A stretch of 64,000 nt of DNA, taken from NCBI GenBank assembly GCA_965219455.1, contig OZ244744.1, positions 3,552,001-3,616,000 on the forward strand, in the 5' to 3' direction. The stretch is from Candidatus Latescibacterota bacterium (GTDB taxonomy: Bacteria > Latescibacterota > UBA2968 > GCA-2709665). The notes below the pieces were generated by a model. That model had not been told where the DNA came from and did no database searches. It was given only the letters and a program-made list of their open reading frames with translations. The translations under genes and the position numbers were made by a program. Shown piece by piece: positions 11,103 to 20,066 of the stretch (positions are counted from its first letter, which is position 1; the number at the start of each line of letters is the position of its first letter).

Positions 11103-12425
11103 CTATTGATCGAGATGTCCCGCGATTTTCCGGCACCAGCGGGACGGCCATTCGGTCATGTTGCCGTAGGTTGGGGGCGAGCCGGGACCACGGGGATATC
11201 TTGAGGACATGACCCCTCCGTCGCTGCCGTCCAGGCCAAAAAGGTAGCCGATGAAGTGAACGCGTTCATCTACCTTGATCCGGGTGGCTTTGAAATAAAG
11301 CGCAAGGACGTTGGGAGGGGCGTGGACCCCCGCAACCGCGACCGACTTCTCCTCCGGCGAGGGTTTTTGCCTGACTTCCTGAAAAACGCCGATGTGAAAG
11401 TCCCGGTTACGTTCGGTCTTGGCGATATACGTCTTCAAACTGTCTATGCCCAGGACCCAGGAAATCCAACCCGTAGTCCGGGTTGTGAATCGCGCTTTCG
11501 AAGAGGGAATCGCAACGACGTCAACGCCCATGTCTTCTGTAGCGCCAATGGGTGGGTTGCCGCCGCATTTTTCCTGGATATTGTCCACCCACCAAAGAAT
11601 GGACTCCGTCCACAGATTGCGGTTGACATCGCTGAAACGCTGTTCGTCGGCCCGGTAGAAGCGAAACCGGATGGCGCTCGGGTCCGGTTGCGGCCCGGCG
11701 GCGGGCTCGGGCTCCGACGATACGGGGCGGGCGGGGACGGGGAGGGCCTCCTCCCAGGGCCGGGTGGGCAACGTGTGATCGAGGCCCAGAGCATATACCG
11801 ACGGGATGGTGCGGCCTGAAACTCGCCCCTCGCGTGATTGAATCGATACGATGCCGATGGCGCGACCGGACTCGTCGACCAGCGGTCCTCCGCTGCTTCC
11901 AACGGACACGGCGTCGACCAGGGTATAGACACGTACACCGTCGACGATTTCGACCGGATTCATCTTGCCGCCGACGAGTTCGAATGCTTCCCCCTCAACC
12001 GCCTCGAAAAAATAGGCCTTTTTGACGTGGACCGGGTCCCGGGCGGCCAGTTCAAGCAGCGGCCTGCCGAAGACTTTGACCCGGACCAGCGCCACGTTTC
12101 GTTTTTCGTCTTTGTCGATCAGGCCCGAAACCCCGAACTCCTCGCCGGATTCGAACCTGGCGACAACCTGGACCGCGTCTTCCACAAGATCCCAGGTTGT
12201 AACCGCAATTCGGCTGTCGATGGCGAGAAAGCCCATTCCCCGTACCCGGGAACCGTCTCTTTTTTCGACGTCCAGAACGACAACGGAAGGGCGCACTTGC
12301 CGGTAGACCGTCTCCGAAGCGTTACCCGCCGCATGGGCGGTTGGCGACAGAACCGAAAGCACGATGCACCAGAGCAATATCTTCCATACGGCGGCGGATG
12401 ACGGGTTGAGCGATGCCGGTTTCAT
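11103..12425 (-). CDS. Secreted trypsin-like (S1C) domain protein with degenerate catalytic triad and unknown C-terminal domain
   Basis: Signal peptide, VRPSVVVL, GMGF, GSSGGPLVDESGRAIGI; Pro-rich linker. Confidence 0.72.
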   Translation of the reverse strand: MKPASLNPSSAAVWKILLWCIVLSVLSPTAHAAGNASETVYRQVRPSVVVLDVEKRDGSRVRGMGFLAIDSRIAVTTWDLVEDAVQVVARFESGEEFGVSGLIDKDEKRNVALVRVKVFGRPLLELAARDPVHVKKAYFFEAVEGEAFELVGGKMNPVEIVDGVRVYTLVDAVSVGSSGGPLVDESGRAIGIVSIQSREGRVSGRTIPSVYALGLDHTLPTRPWEEALPVPARPVSSEPEPAAGPQPDPSAIRFRFYRADEQRFSDVNRNLWTESILWWVDNIQEKCGGNPPIGATEDMGVDVVAIPSSKARFTTRTTGWISWVLGIDSLKTYIAKTERNRDFHIGVFQEVRQKPSPEEKSVAVAGVHAPPNVLALYFKATRIKVDERVHFIGYLFGLDGSDGGVMSSRYPRGPGSPPTYGNMTEWPSRWCRKIAGHLDQ

Positions 12426-12494
12426 AGGCGATCTCGATATTCGATACGTCCGGCTTCCCCGGCCTGGAAGATCAGGTTGTCTTCGAACGGAGAT

Positions 12495-12851
12495 TTAAAT
12501 AACCCACAGAACGTACAGTGTAACCGCCGTACCGAGGAGGGCGCCGCCATAGCAGAGGATATCCAGGGAGAACAACAATTTGCGGATGCCCATTTCGTGG
12601 AGCGAGAAACGAATGCGGTGGGCGGCGTGAAAAAGCGGAAGGACCACAAGAGCGAAGACGTAGACTTTGACCAGGGGATTCGCAAGCAGGGATTTCATCC
12701 GGTTAAATTCGAGCAGGCTCTTGTCAATCAGGCCGAGCGGTACGGCCAGCCCGACTAAAAAGATATGGACGGGTATCAGCAGCGCGGCAATCACGCCGCC
12801 CAAGGAGAACATGCCCCACCAGAAGGGTTCGGTCCTATCTTCTTTGTACAC
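12495..12851 (-). CDS. frdD: Fumarate reductase subunit D
   Basis: EPFWWGMFSLGG, LFHAAHRIR; last gene of frd operon. Confidence 0.9.
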   Translation of the reverse strand: MYKEDRTEPFWWGMFSLGGVIAALLIPVHIFLVGLAVPLGLIDKSLLEFNRMKSLLANPLVKVYVFALVVLPLFHAAHRIRFSLHEMGIRKLLFSLDILCYGGALLGTAVTLYVLWVI

Positions 12852-12868
12852 GGATTCCCCCTACTTTA

Positions 12869-13285
12869 TCATCGGACTGTTAAGGTCAGAAACAGGTAGG
12901 CGACGACGGCCGACGCGACAATCCATGAAAGATAGGCGCCCAGTCCCACGAGAAAGGGTGGTACCGTCAGGCGTCCGACCCGAACGATCTGGATTTTGGA
13001 CACCAGACCCAGCCATGTGATGCTGTGGTAAAGCGCGAACAGCAGGACAATGGCATAAAAAACGACTACGGGTACGGATCGGAGCGATTCCTGAAACAAA
13101 TCGTGAACTTCCGCGCCTTTGGAGATCAGGAAAAGCTGGTACAGGTATAGCAGAACGAACAAGGCGATGAACACACTGGTTGATTCCCTGATCATGAACA
13201 GGAAGTACCGGCGGTTATGCAACCACCAGGTGATCGGTACAGGACGCACATAGGCCTTGTGTTCGGTTTCGTGTTCGCGCATCAT
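12869..13285 (-). CDS. frdC: Fumarate reductase subunit C
   Basis: YVRPVPITWW, FMIRESTSVF, LYHSITW; three hydrophobic helices. Confidence 0.9.
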   Translation of the reverse strand: MMREHETEHKAYVRPVPITWWLHNRRYFLFMIRESTSVFIALFVLLYLYQLFLISKGAEVHDLFQESLRSVPVVVFYAIVLLFALYHSITWLGLVSKIQIVRVGRLTVPPFLVGLGAYLSWIVASAVVAYLFLTLTVR

Positions 13286-13286
13286 C

Positions 13287-14036
13287 TCACTTCTTCCCCC
13301 AGGGCAGGAGTACGGATTTGAACCAGCCGCCTGTCGCGGCCACCTTATTCCGTTGGATGGCAACCGCGGGATCCACGTCTTTGGGACAGACCACGGAGCA
13401 CTCGCCAATATAGGTGCATTCCCAGATGCCTTCGCTGCTTGCAATTACATGTTGACGCCGCTCCTGGCCCTCGTCGCGGGAGTCCAGGTTGTACCGATGC
13501 CCCAGGGCAATAGCGGCAGGGCCGATGAACTCGGTTTCAAGCCCGTATACGGGACACGCGGCATAACAGAGCATGCAGTTGATGCACATGCTGAACTGCT
13601 TGTATTCCTTCAGTTGCTCGGGCGTCTGCAGGTGCTCCCCTTCCGATACCGGCTTTTCTTCGTCCCGGATGATCCAGGGCTGCACCGCCTTGAGTTTGTC
13701 CATGAAATCGTCCATATCGATGATCAGGTCTCGGACGATGGGGAAGTTTTGCAGAGGTTCCACCCGGACTTCACCTGGGTAATAGTCGCGCAAAAAGGCG
13801 GCGCACGAGAGCTTGGGCTCACCGTTGACCATCATGCCGCAACTTCCGCAGACGCCCATCCGGCATGACCAGCGGAAGGAGAGCGATCCGTCAATATGGT
13901 CCTTTATATGATTGAGCGCATCCAATACCACCCAGTCTTCTTGAAAGTCGATATCGTAAGACTGTTCGACGGGCTCTTCTTCCTGCTCGGGACGGTAGCG
14001 GGTAACGGTTATGGTGATCTTCTTGCCATTACTCAT
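13287..14036 (-). CDS. frdB: Fumarate reductase iron-sulfur subunit
   Basis: [34 protein letters not shown] clusters. Confidence 0.95.
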   Translation of the reverse strand: MSNGKKITITVTRYRPEQEEEPVEQSYDIDFQEDWVVLDALNHIKDHIDGSLSFRWSCRMGVCGSCGMMVNGEPKLSCAAFLRDYYPGEVRVEPLQNFPIVRDLIIDMDDFMDKLKAVQPWIIRDEEKPVSEGEHLQTPEQLKEYKQFSMCINCMLCYAACPVYGLETEFIGPAAIALGHRYNLDSRDEGQERRQHVIASSEGIWECTYIGECSVVCPKDVDPAVAIQRNKVAATGGWFKSVLLPWGKK

Positions 14037-14099
14037 GAAATTCCCCTTGCGGAGGATTCGAAATCCGGGTGTTGGATCTCACGCTCTTGAATCCAGGTT

Positions 14100-15809
14100 T
14101 CAGTATTTGCGTTCTTCGGGCTGCCAGCGGGTGATGGTCACGGGAAGGTAGTCGGTGTGGGGGCCGGCTTCCGTCTTGTAGGTCAACGAGTGTGTTAGAT
14201 ATTTCTCATCGTCTCGGGTTTCGAAGTCCGTGCGGGAATGAGAGCCCCTGGATTCCTTGCGTTGCAGGGCGGCGTGCGCAAGCGCTTCAGCCGCATCCAG
14301 CATGAATCCCAGTTCCAGTGCCGCGGTGAGTTCGGTGTTGAACACACTGGAGGTGTCATCCAGGCCCACGTTTCGGAAGCGTTCCTGGAGTCGCATCAGG
14401 GCTTCGCAGGTTTCTCTTAATGTTTCTTCATCGCGGAAGATACCGGCGCCGCGTTCCATTGCCAGCTGCATCTCGGTACGAATGGTCGCGACGCGTTCCT
14501 TGCCGTTGCGTGGCTGCAGATACGTCCGTTCGATGCGCCGCCGTTCGTCACGGGTGAGGTTTTCGAGCGTGTCGGACGCGGGGGCCGCCTGTTCGTTGGC
14601 GTAATCCACAGCGACTTTGCCCGCGCGCGCGCCGAACACCAGGCATTCCGTCAGGGAATTGGAGCCCAGGCGATTGGCGCCGTTGAGACTGACGCAGGCG
14701 GCTTCGCCGGCGGCGTAAAGGCCCGGAATGGGCGTTGCGCCATTGATATCGGTATGGACGCCACCCATCATGTAGTGGACGACGGGACGGACGGGAATGG
14801 GGTCCCGGACCGGATCGAGCCCCACGTAGTTCCTGGTGAGTTCCCGGACAAAAGGCAACTTTTCGTCGATGACTTTCTCACCCAGGTGTCTCAGGTCCAG
14901 ATGGACGTAGTTGCCGTAGGGTCCGTCGAAGACCCGGCCTGCTCGCATTTCATAGACAAAAGCCCGGGACAGGATATCGCGCGGGCCCAGTTCCATTTTG
15001 CCGGGTATGTATTCGCTCAGGTAGCGCTCGCCCTTGTTGTTTGTCAGATAGCCGCCTTCCCCTCGCGAGGCTTCCGTCATCAGGATTCCCGTACCGGGAA
15101 GGCCGGTGGGATGGTACTGGACGAACTCCATGTCTTTCAATGGACACCCAATGCGGTATGCCAGGGCCATACCGTCGCCGTTCTTGATGGCGGCATTGGT
15201 GGTAAACGGAAAGATTTTGCCGCCCCCCCCGGTGCAGATGATAACGGATTTCGCGCCAATGGCCTGGATGGCGCCCGAGCGCATGTTCAGGGCGGCTACG
15301 CCGCAGACCCTTCCGTCGTCTACAAGAAGAGATGTGACAAACCACTCGTCGTAACGGGTAACCGCATTGTATTTCAGGGAGGTCTGAAACAGGGCGTGCA
15401 ACATGTGGAAGCCGGTTTTGTCCGCCGCGTAAAGCGTGCGCTTTACGCTCATGCCGCCAAAAGCGCGCACACTGACGCGACCGTCCGCGTCTCGACTCCA
15501 GGGGCAGCCCCAGTGTTCCAGTTGTATGGCTTCGTCCTGTGCTTCTTTTACAAAGGCTTCGACGACGTCCTGGTCGGCCAGATAATCACTGCCTCTTATT
15601 GTGTCGAAGGAGTGGAGATCCAGATTGTCGTACTCGCGCATGACGGCCGCCGCGCCGCCCTCGGCCGAGACGGTGTGGCTGCGCATGGGGTAGACTTTGG
15701 AGACGACGGCAACGTTCAGATTGGAATCGGTTTCCGCCGCCGCGATGGCAGCACGCAAGCCCGCCGCGCCGCCCCCTACAAGAAGCACGTCGTGAATCGG
15801 AATGTCCAT
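14100..15809 (-). CDS. frdA: Fumarate reductase flavoprotein subunit
   Basis: [16 protein letters not shown] (covalent FAD His), [22 protein letters not shown]. Confidence 0.95.
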   Translation of the reverse strand: MDIPIHDVLLVGGGAAGLRAAIAAAETDSNLNVAVVSKVYPMRSHTVSAEGGAAAVMREYDNLDLHSFDTIRGSDYLADQDVVEAFVKEAQDEAIQLEHWGCPWSRDADGRVSVRAFGGMSVKRTLYAADKTGFHMLHALFQTSLKYNAVTRYDEWFVTSLLVDDGRVCGVAALNMRSGAIQAIGAKSVIICTGGGGKIFPFTTNAAIKNGDGMALAYRIGCPLKDMEFVQYHPTGLPGTGILMTEASRGEGGYLTNNKGERYLSEYIPGKMELGPRDILSRAFVYEMRAGRVFDGPYGNYVHLDLRHLGEKVIDEKLPFVRELTRNYVGLDPVRDPIPVRPVVHYMMGGVHTDINGATPIPGLYAAGEAACVSLNGANRLGSNSLTECLVFGARAGKVAVDYANEQAAPASDTLENLTRDERRRIERTYLQPRNGKERVATIRTEMQLAMERGAGIFRDEETLRETCEALMRLQERFRNVGLDDTSSVFNTELTAALELGFMLDAAEALAHAALQRKESRGSHSRTDFETRDDEKYLTHSLTYKTEAGPHTDYLPVTITRWQPEERKY

Positions 15810-15865
15810 TTAAGACCCTTACAGGCGCAGGTGGAAGGCGTTCGGTTCCTTCGCAAACTGCACCT

Positions 15866-15894
15866 ATTATAACGATTTATGCAGAATGCGTCAA
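15866..15894 (-). promoter_or_regulatory. Sigma70-type promoter of frdABCD
   Basis: Minus strand TTGACG-N17-TATAAT, 56 nt upstream of the frdA start. Confidence 0.8.
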
Positions 15895-16106
15895 TACAAA
15901 ACTGGGCGTATTTCGAGGTGTCTAAGGCGATGGGTCGGGAGGATCGAATCGACAGATTCCGGTCTCTTCGCAACAGGGTCCGGCCGGTTGTGAATTCGGG
16001 ATTCACCGGTTCAGTGGCCAACCGCCGCCAGCGTCTTCGCGCTGAAGCCGGCGCCTGCGCATGTCGGTTGCGCACACAGGGATTCAGGCCCGGTTATCGG
16101 GCATTG

Positions 16107-17213
16107 TCACTGCAGGCGGCCGCGAGCCGGAAGCGGCCAGACAGCTTCAACGACGCCGTCGCGGATTCCGTAGAGTTCGTCGTGAAGCACAACCGTCGTA
16201 TCGGAGTAACCCGCCACGAATTCAATGGTTTCGCCAACTCTCGGGGTCTCCGCGGGCGCTTTCAGTTCAATCTTGCCGTGTTCGGCTGACAGGCCCACGA
16301 ATGTGACGTTGGGGATGCCGATCGGCTCCGGAACGGCGGCGTCGCTGCTCATGGTTTTCTTCCCCGCGTCACAGATGATGCGGGTGGGCGTGGGGCGGCT
16401 GGTTACGGTGGAAAGGACCGTAAGGGCGTATTCGTGATCCACACCGAAAACCGTGCGATACCGGACGTCGCCGAAGATGCCGCCGCCGGCTTCGATTTCG
16501 GTGATGCCGGGATGAAAGGCGCTGATCCAGTACGTGCCGGTGCCGCCGCAACTGACGATGTCTACGCAGAGGCCGTTGCGACGGCACAGGTCCGCGCTGG
16601 CCGTGAGTCTCGAGAGGGATTCCGTGATGACACGCTGCTTTTCGCCGGCGTCTTCAATGGCCAGAGTGTGCGCTTCCCACGTCATCAGGCCCGAAAATTG
16701 CAGGCCCGGGCAGGCGGCGATGGTCTGCGCAAGCGATAGAACGGGTTCGCCAGGCGCGGCTCCCGCACGGTTCATGCCCACGTCGACTTCAATCAGTATC
16801 CGGACGCGGACGCCTTTTTCCACGGCGGCGAGGTCGAGTTGGCGAATGTTGCTTTCATCGTCCACGCAGACCATAACGTCGGCCTGTTTGCGAAGGTTGA
16901 CCAGGCGGGCGATCTTTCGGGGACCCACGATCTGGTTGGCAATGAGGATGTCTTTGACGCCGCCCGCGGCCATCACTTCGGCCTCGCCGAGTTTGGCGCA
17001 GGTTATCCCGATGGCGCCCGCGTCGAGCAGCCTGTGGGCGAGCGCCGGGGTCTTCATGCCCTTGGTGTGGGGCCGCCACTGGACGCCCGCGTTGCGGATG
17101 ATGGTATCTGCCATCTTCCGGGTGTTGCGTTCGAGCGTGGGCAGGTCCACAAGGAGCGCCGGCGTGTCCAGGTCGCCTTTGCGACAGCCGATGAGATGTG
17201 TCTGTACGATCAT
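16107..17213 (-). CDS. DSD1/D-threonine aldolase-family PLP enzyme (fold type III)
   Basis: LDTPALLVD, RPHTKGMK, CAKLGEAE, GGTGT, DAGKK, SAEHG. Confidence 0.9.
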   Translation of the reverse strand: MIVQTHLIGCRKGDLDTPALLVDLPTLERNTRKMADTIIRNAGVQWRPHTKGMKTPALAHRLLDAGAIGITCAKLGEAEVMAAGGVKDILIANQIVGPRKIARLVNLRKQADVMVCVDDESNIRQLDLAAVEKGVRVRILIEVDVGMNRAGAAPGEPVLSLAQTIAACPGLQFSGLMTWEAHTLAIEDAGEKQRVITESLSRLTASADLCRRNGLCVDIVSCGGTGTYWISAFHPGITEIEAGGGIFGDVRYRTVFGVDHEYALTVLSTVTSRPTPTRIICDAGKKTMSSDAAVPEPIGIPNVTFVGLSAEHGKIELKAPAETPRVGETIEFVAGYSDTTVVLHDELYGIRDGVVEAVWPLPARGRLQ

Positions 17214-17285
17214 GTGGAATCCTCGTGTTTCGGGTTTTTCGGCAACGGGGTGTCCGCAAAGCGGAGGGTCCCTATATCCGCTCCG

Positions 17286-18035
17286 TCAGCGACGATACCG
17301 GATGATGTAGTTGGCAACGTCGATCATCGTGGCGGTCCAGATCCGGTTTCGGTTGCAATCCAGATGACGTGCGACTTCCCTTAAGGCCGCTGTCTCAATC
17401 GAGAGATGCTGCCCGCCGACGCCATGTATGCAAATGATAGCCCACAGGCCGTCGTTGACGGCGTTATCGATGTACGCGACTATCTCTTTTCCCGTGTGGC
17501 CGTCTACGGCCAACGACCATGTGTAGGCCAGGTCGATCCGTTGCGGATGGTTGGCGCGTTCGCCCCAGCCCCGGGCGGCCTTGAAGCGGCGAGCGACGAG
17601 TGGCACGTAGGACTGCCGGTTCTCGCCGGCCCCCACGTACGTCTGGTAACAGGGATAACAGAAAGTCCGGTCGCCCTGTTGTTCGGGAAACAGGCGATTC
17701 AGGTCTTCAGTGGCTTCGTCGATGGTCCGCTCAATGTCATCCCGCCCCAGGTTTTCCAGGCAGAAGCCATCGTTGCGAAATCCAAAGTTGCAGGAGCAGG
17801 GATGCATGGAGGTGTGATTGCCGAGTTCATGGCCGTTCTTACTGGCATGTTGCCAGCGGGGAACCTGCAACTCCCAGGCTTTGGACCGGCCCGGGTTGAC
17901 GTAAAACGTCCCTTTCAGGTCACAGTCGTCCAGGCAGGGAATCGCATTGTCCAATTGCGTATCGAGGCCGTCGTCGAAAGTGAGACTTACGGCGCCCTGG
18001 AGGTCGTCAGGCCAGAATGAGCGGTCTGAGGACAT
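17286..18035 (-). CDS. Polysaccharide deacetylase family protein
   Basis: SLTFDDG, GHELGNHTSMH, FCYP. Confidence 0.88.
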   Translation of the reverse strand: MSSDRSFWPDDLQGAVSLTFDDGLDTQLDNAIPCLDDCDLKGTFYVNPGRSKAWELQVPRWQHASKNGHELGNHTSMHPCSCNFGFRNDGFCLENLGRDDIERTIDEATEDLNRLFPEQQGDRTFCYPCYQTYVGAGENRQSYVPLVARRFKAARGWGERANHPQRIDLAYTWSLAVDGHTGKEIVAYIDNAVNDGLWAIICIHGVGGQHLSIETAALREVARHLDCNRNRIWTATMIDVANYIIRYRR

Positions 18036-18124
18036 GACTTCCCCATTTTACGAGGTGGAAGAATGGTGACATATTTCCGGGAGGGGACACCAGGTTCGAT
18101 TTCAGTCATTGGGTCCGAGCGGCT

Positions 18125-19102
18125 CTAATCCGTCGGCAGTACGCCGATGTCATCCCCGCGTCGGTAGGCGAGGGCGTCATCGATCATCCGCCGGAAATTG
18201 TACCTGGGATTGAAACACAGCAGCCTCCGGGCCTTGGACAGGTCGAATTCATAGAACGTGGGGTCGCCCTGCAGGACAGCTTCGATACACGGGACGCCCA
18301 GACGTTCCGAAAGATACGGAACGGCTTCATCCCAGGCGAATGGCGCGGGACCGGCGAGTTGGATGATTTCGCCTGAAACCTCCTCGGCACACAATGCCAG
18401 CTGGCAGCCCTGGACGATGTCCCGCACGTCGGCGATGTGTTTCTTATAGGGTCTGCCCTCCTGGTCTTTGAGTACCACCAGGCAGTCTGTTCCCTGCCAC
18501 ATACCCTTGAATTCGGAACGCCCTTTCAATCCGCTCAGGTGGAAATGCGGAAAGTCCAGAATCTCGCCCGCGCCAAAGACCATGCAGAAACGAAGGACGA
18601 CCACGGGCAGTTCGTAGGTGAGCCAATATCCGGTACAGAGTTCCTCGCCAAGCGATTTGGAAAGGGCGTACCATCCACGGCAACGCCGGGGTGTCAGATC
18701 TTCCAGGATCGGGTCCGCCAGGCCCCCCGGGACGTACTTTTCGTAAATGGCGTCGGTGCCCGCGTAGATGAACCTTGGCGGTGGGTCCTGTGCCCTGGCG
18801 GCTTCGAGCATGTTGAAGGTGCCGCGCACGTTGATTTCGAAATAGTCGGATTCGGAAAAGGGTCCGCCACCCTGAAAGGCCGCGCCCAGGTGGTAAACCG
18901 CACTGACGCCCCTAATGGCCCTCTGTGCGTCTCCGGGATCCGTAAGGCTGCCGGAGACAAGCTCCACGTTCAGGCCGTCCAGTTTGTCGATGCGGGGGTC
19001 TCGAGGCCAGACCAGGCCGCGGACGGAATGCCCCTGTTTAACCAGAGCTGCGGCAAGGTTGGCGCCGATTCTTCCCGTAATGCCCGTGATGAGAATAGAC
19101 AT
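18125..19102 (-). CDS. NAD-dependent epimerase/dehydratase
   Basis: ITGITGRIG, NVRGTFNML, YALSK. Confidence 0.88.
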   Translation of the reverse strand: MSILITGITGRIGANLAAALVKQGHSVRGLVWPRDPRIDKLDGLNVELVSGSLTDPGDAQRAIRGVSAVYHLGAAFQGGGPFSESDYFEINVRGTFNMLEAARAQDPPPRFIYAGTDAIYEKYVPGGLADPILEDLTPRRCRGWYALSKSLGEELCTGYWLTYELPVVVLRFCMVFGAGEILDFPHFHLSGLKGRSEFKGMWQGTDCLVVLKDQEGRPYKKHIADVRDIVQGCQLALCAEEVSGEIIQLAGPAPFAWDEAVPYLSERLGVPCIEAVLQGDPTFYEFDLSKARRLLCFNPRYNFRRMIDDALAYRRGDDIGVLPTD

Positions 19103-19188
19103 GGAAGCCGATGGTGAAGTTCAATGAACCCAAGTGTTCTGACCCGGAAATAGATTGCCTGAATTCGGCCGTCCAGAAGCAGCAAAAA

Positions 19189-19223
19189 CAGCTATCAGCT
19201 CTCAGCTCTCAGCCGTCAGCTTG
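19189..19223 (+). repeat. Tandem heptamer repeat (CAGCnnn x5)
   Basis: cagctat cagctct cagctct cagccgt cagcttg. Confidence 0.75.
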
Positions 19224-19258
19224 AATCAAAAACCCAATCAGTTGACGTCAGCGCCGTG

Positions 19259-19298
19259 ACCTCTCCCCCCGGCCCCCTCTCCTAAAGGAAAGGGGGAG
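19259..19298. repeat. REP-like purine/pyrimidine palindrome
   Basis: ccccctctcctaaaggaaagggggag hairpin; related piece near 19375-19397. Confidence 0.55.
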
Positions 19299-20066
19299 GA
19301 AAAACGGGCGTTGGCTCGTCAAGACAATTCACCTGGACATTTTCATCCATCGAAATGTCTTCAACCCATGACAGTTCCCCCCTTCCTACAGGAAAGGAAA
19401 TAGGGGACGTTCGACGGTGGCGAAGATTCTAACTCACGGGTGGCAACGGTGACTGCGGTTCTTACAGGTTCGAGTTCCACGCAGCATGTTCAATAACCCA
19501 CGATGTAGACCCCTCAATTGATGGTGAAACCTTTGACATGACATCGTGGGATCTCTGTATTCCAAAACGAGGGCCGCAGCCTGTCCCACCTCACGAGAAC
19601 GCCGGGGGCAGAATGGGTGTGCGCCTTCCTCAGTATCTGATGCCAAATTCGCCCGTTACTCTCATCGAAGCGCATCGACGAGGAACTGGACTCGGGAGAA
19701 AGCGGTCGAAAGAGCAGAGGAATCGTCGCTGAACGCGACATTGGTCGCATTTTGCGACAGTACTGGCAGCGGTCGCGCCATGGCCCGTCACTGATCGCCG
19801 TAATGGCGCCAGTTAGAAGTGGCGATTTTGGGGTTTCGGTTTGATGTCTATGAGCAGACAAGAATATCTGCTCCACCTTTTCAATCCTTTTCCCTTGATT
19901 TCGCGGGTTTCTCCCTCGTGCGAGAGGTCTGAAATTGCTTCGACTGACTTCCATTCCCTGAATACCCTTCGACTGAAAAGTGCAAGCAGGACAATGCACT
20001 CATTTCGCGTGTTGTCCTGTTCCGACGGATACGACTTGAAATGCCGAATCCTAACGTGGTTCAAGA

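Noticed and set aside
14754-15872. Long antisense ORFs (this one, 6039-6986, 24830-25885, 34427-35395, 47328-48191)
   Set aside because: Shadow frames of well-supported genes in GC-rich DNA with no recognisable motifs
19400-20060. Short ORFs between the epimerase and the WD40 gene
   Set aside because: No motif, RBS or consistent frame; cannot support a gene call
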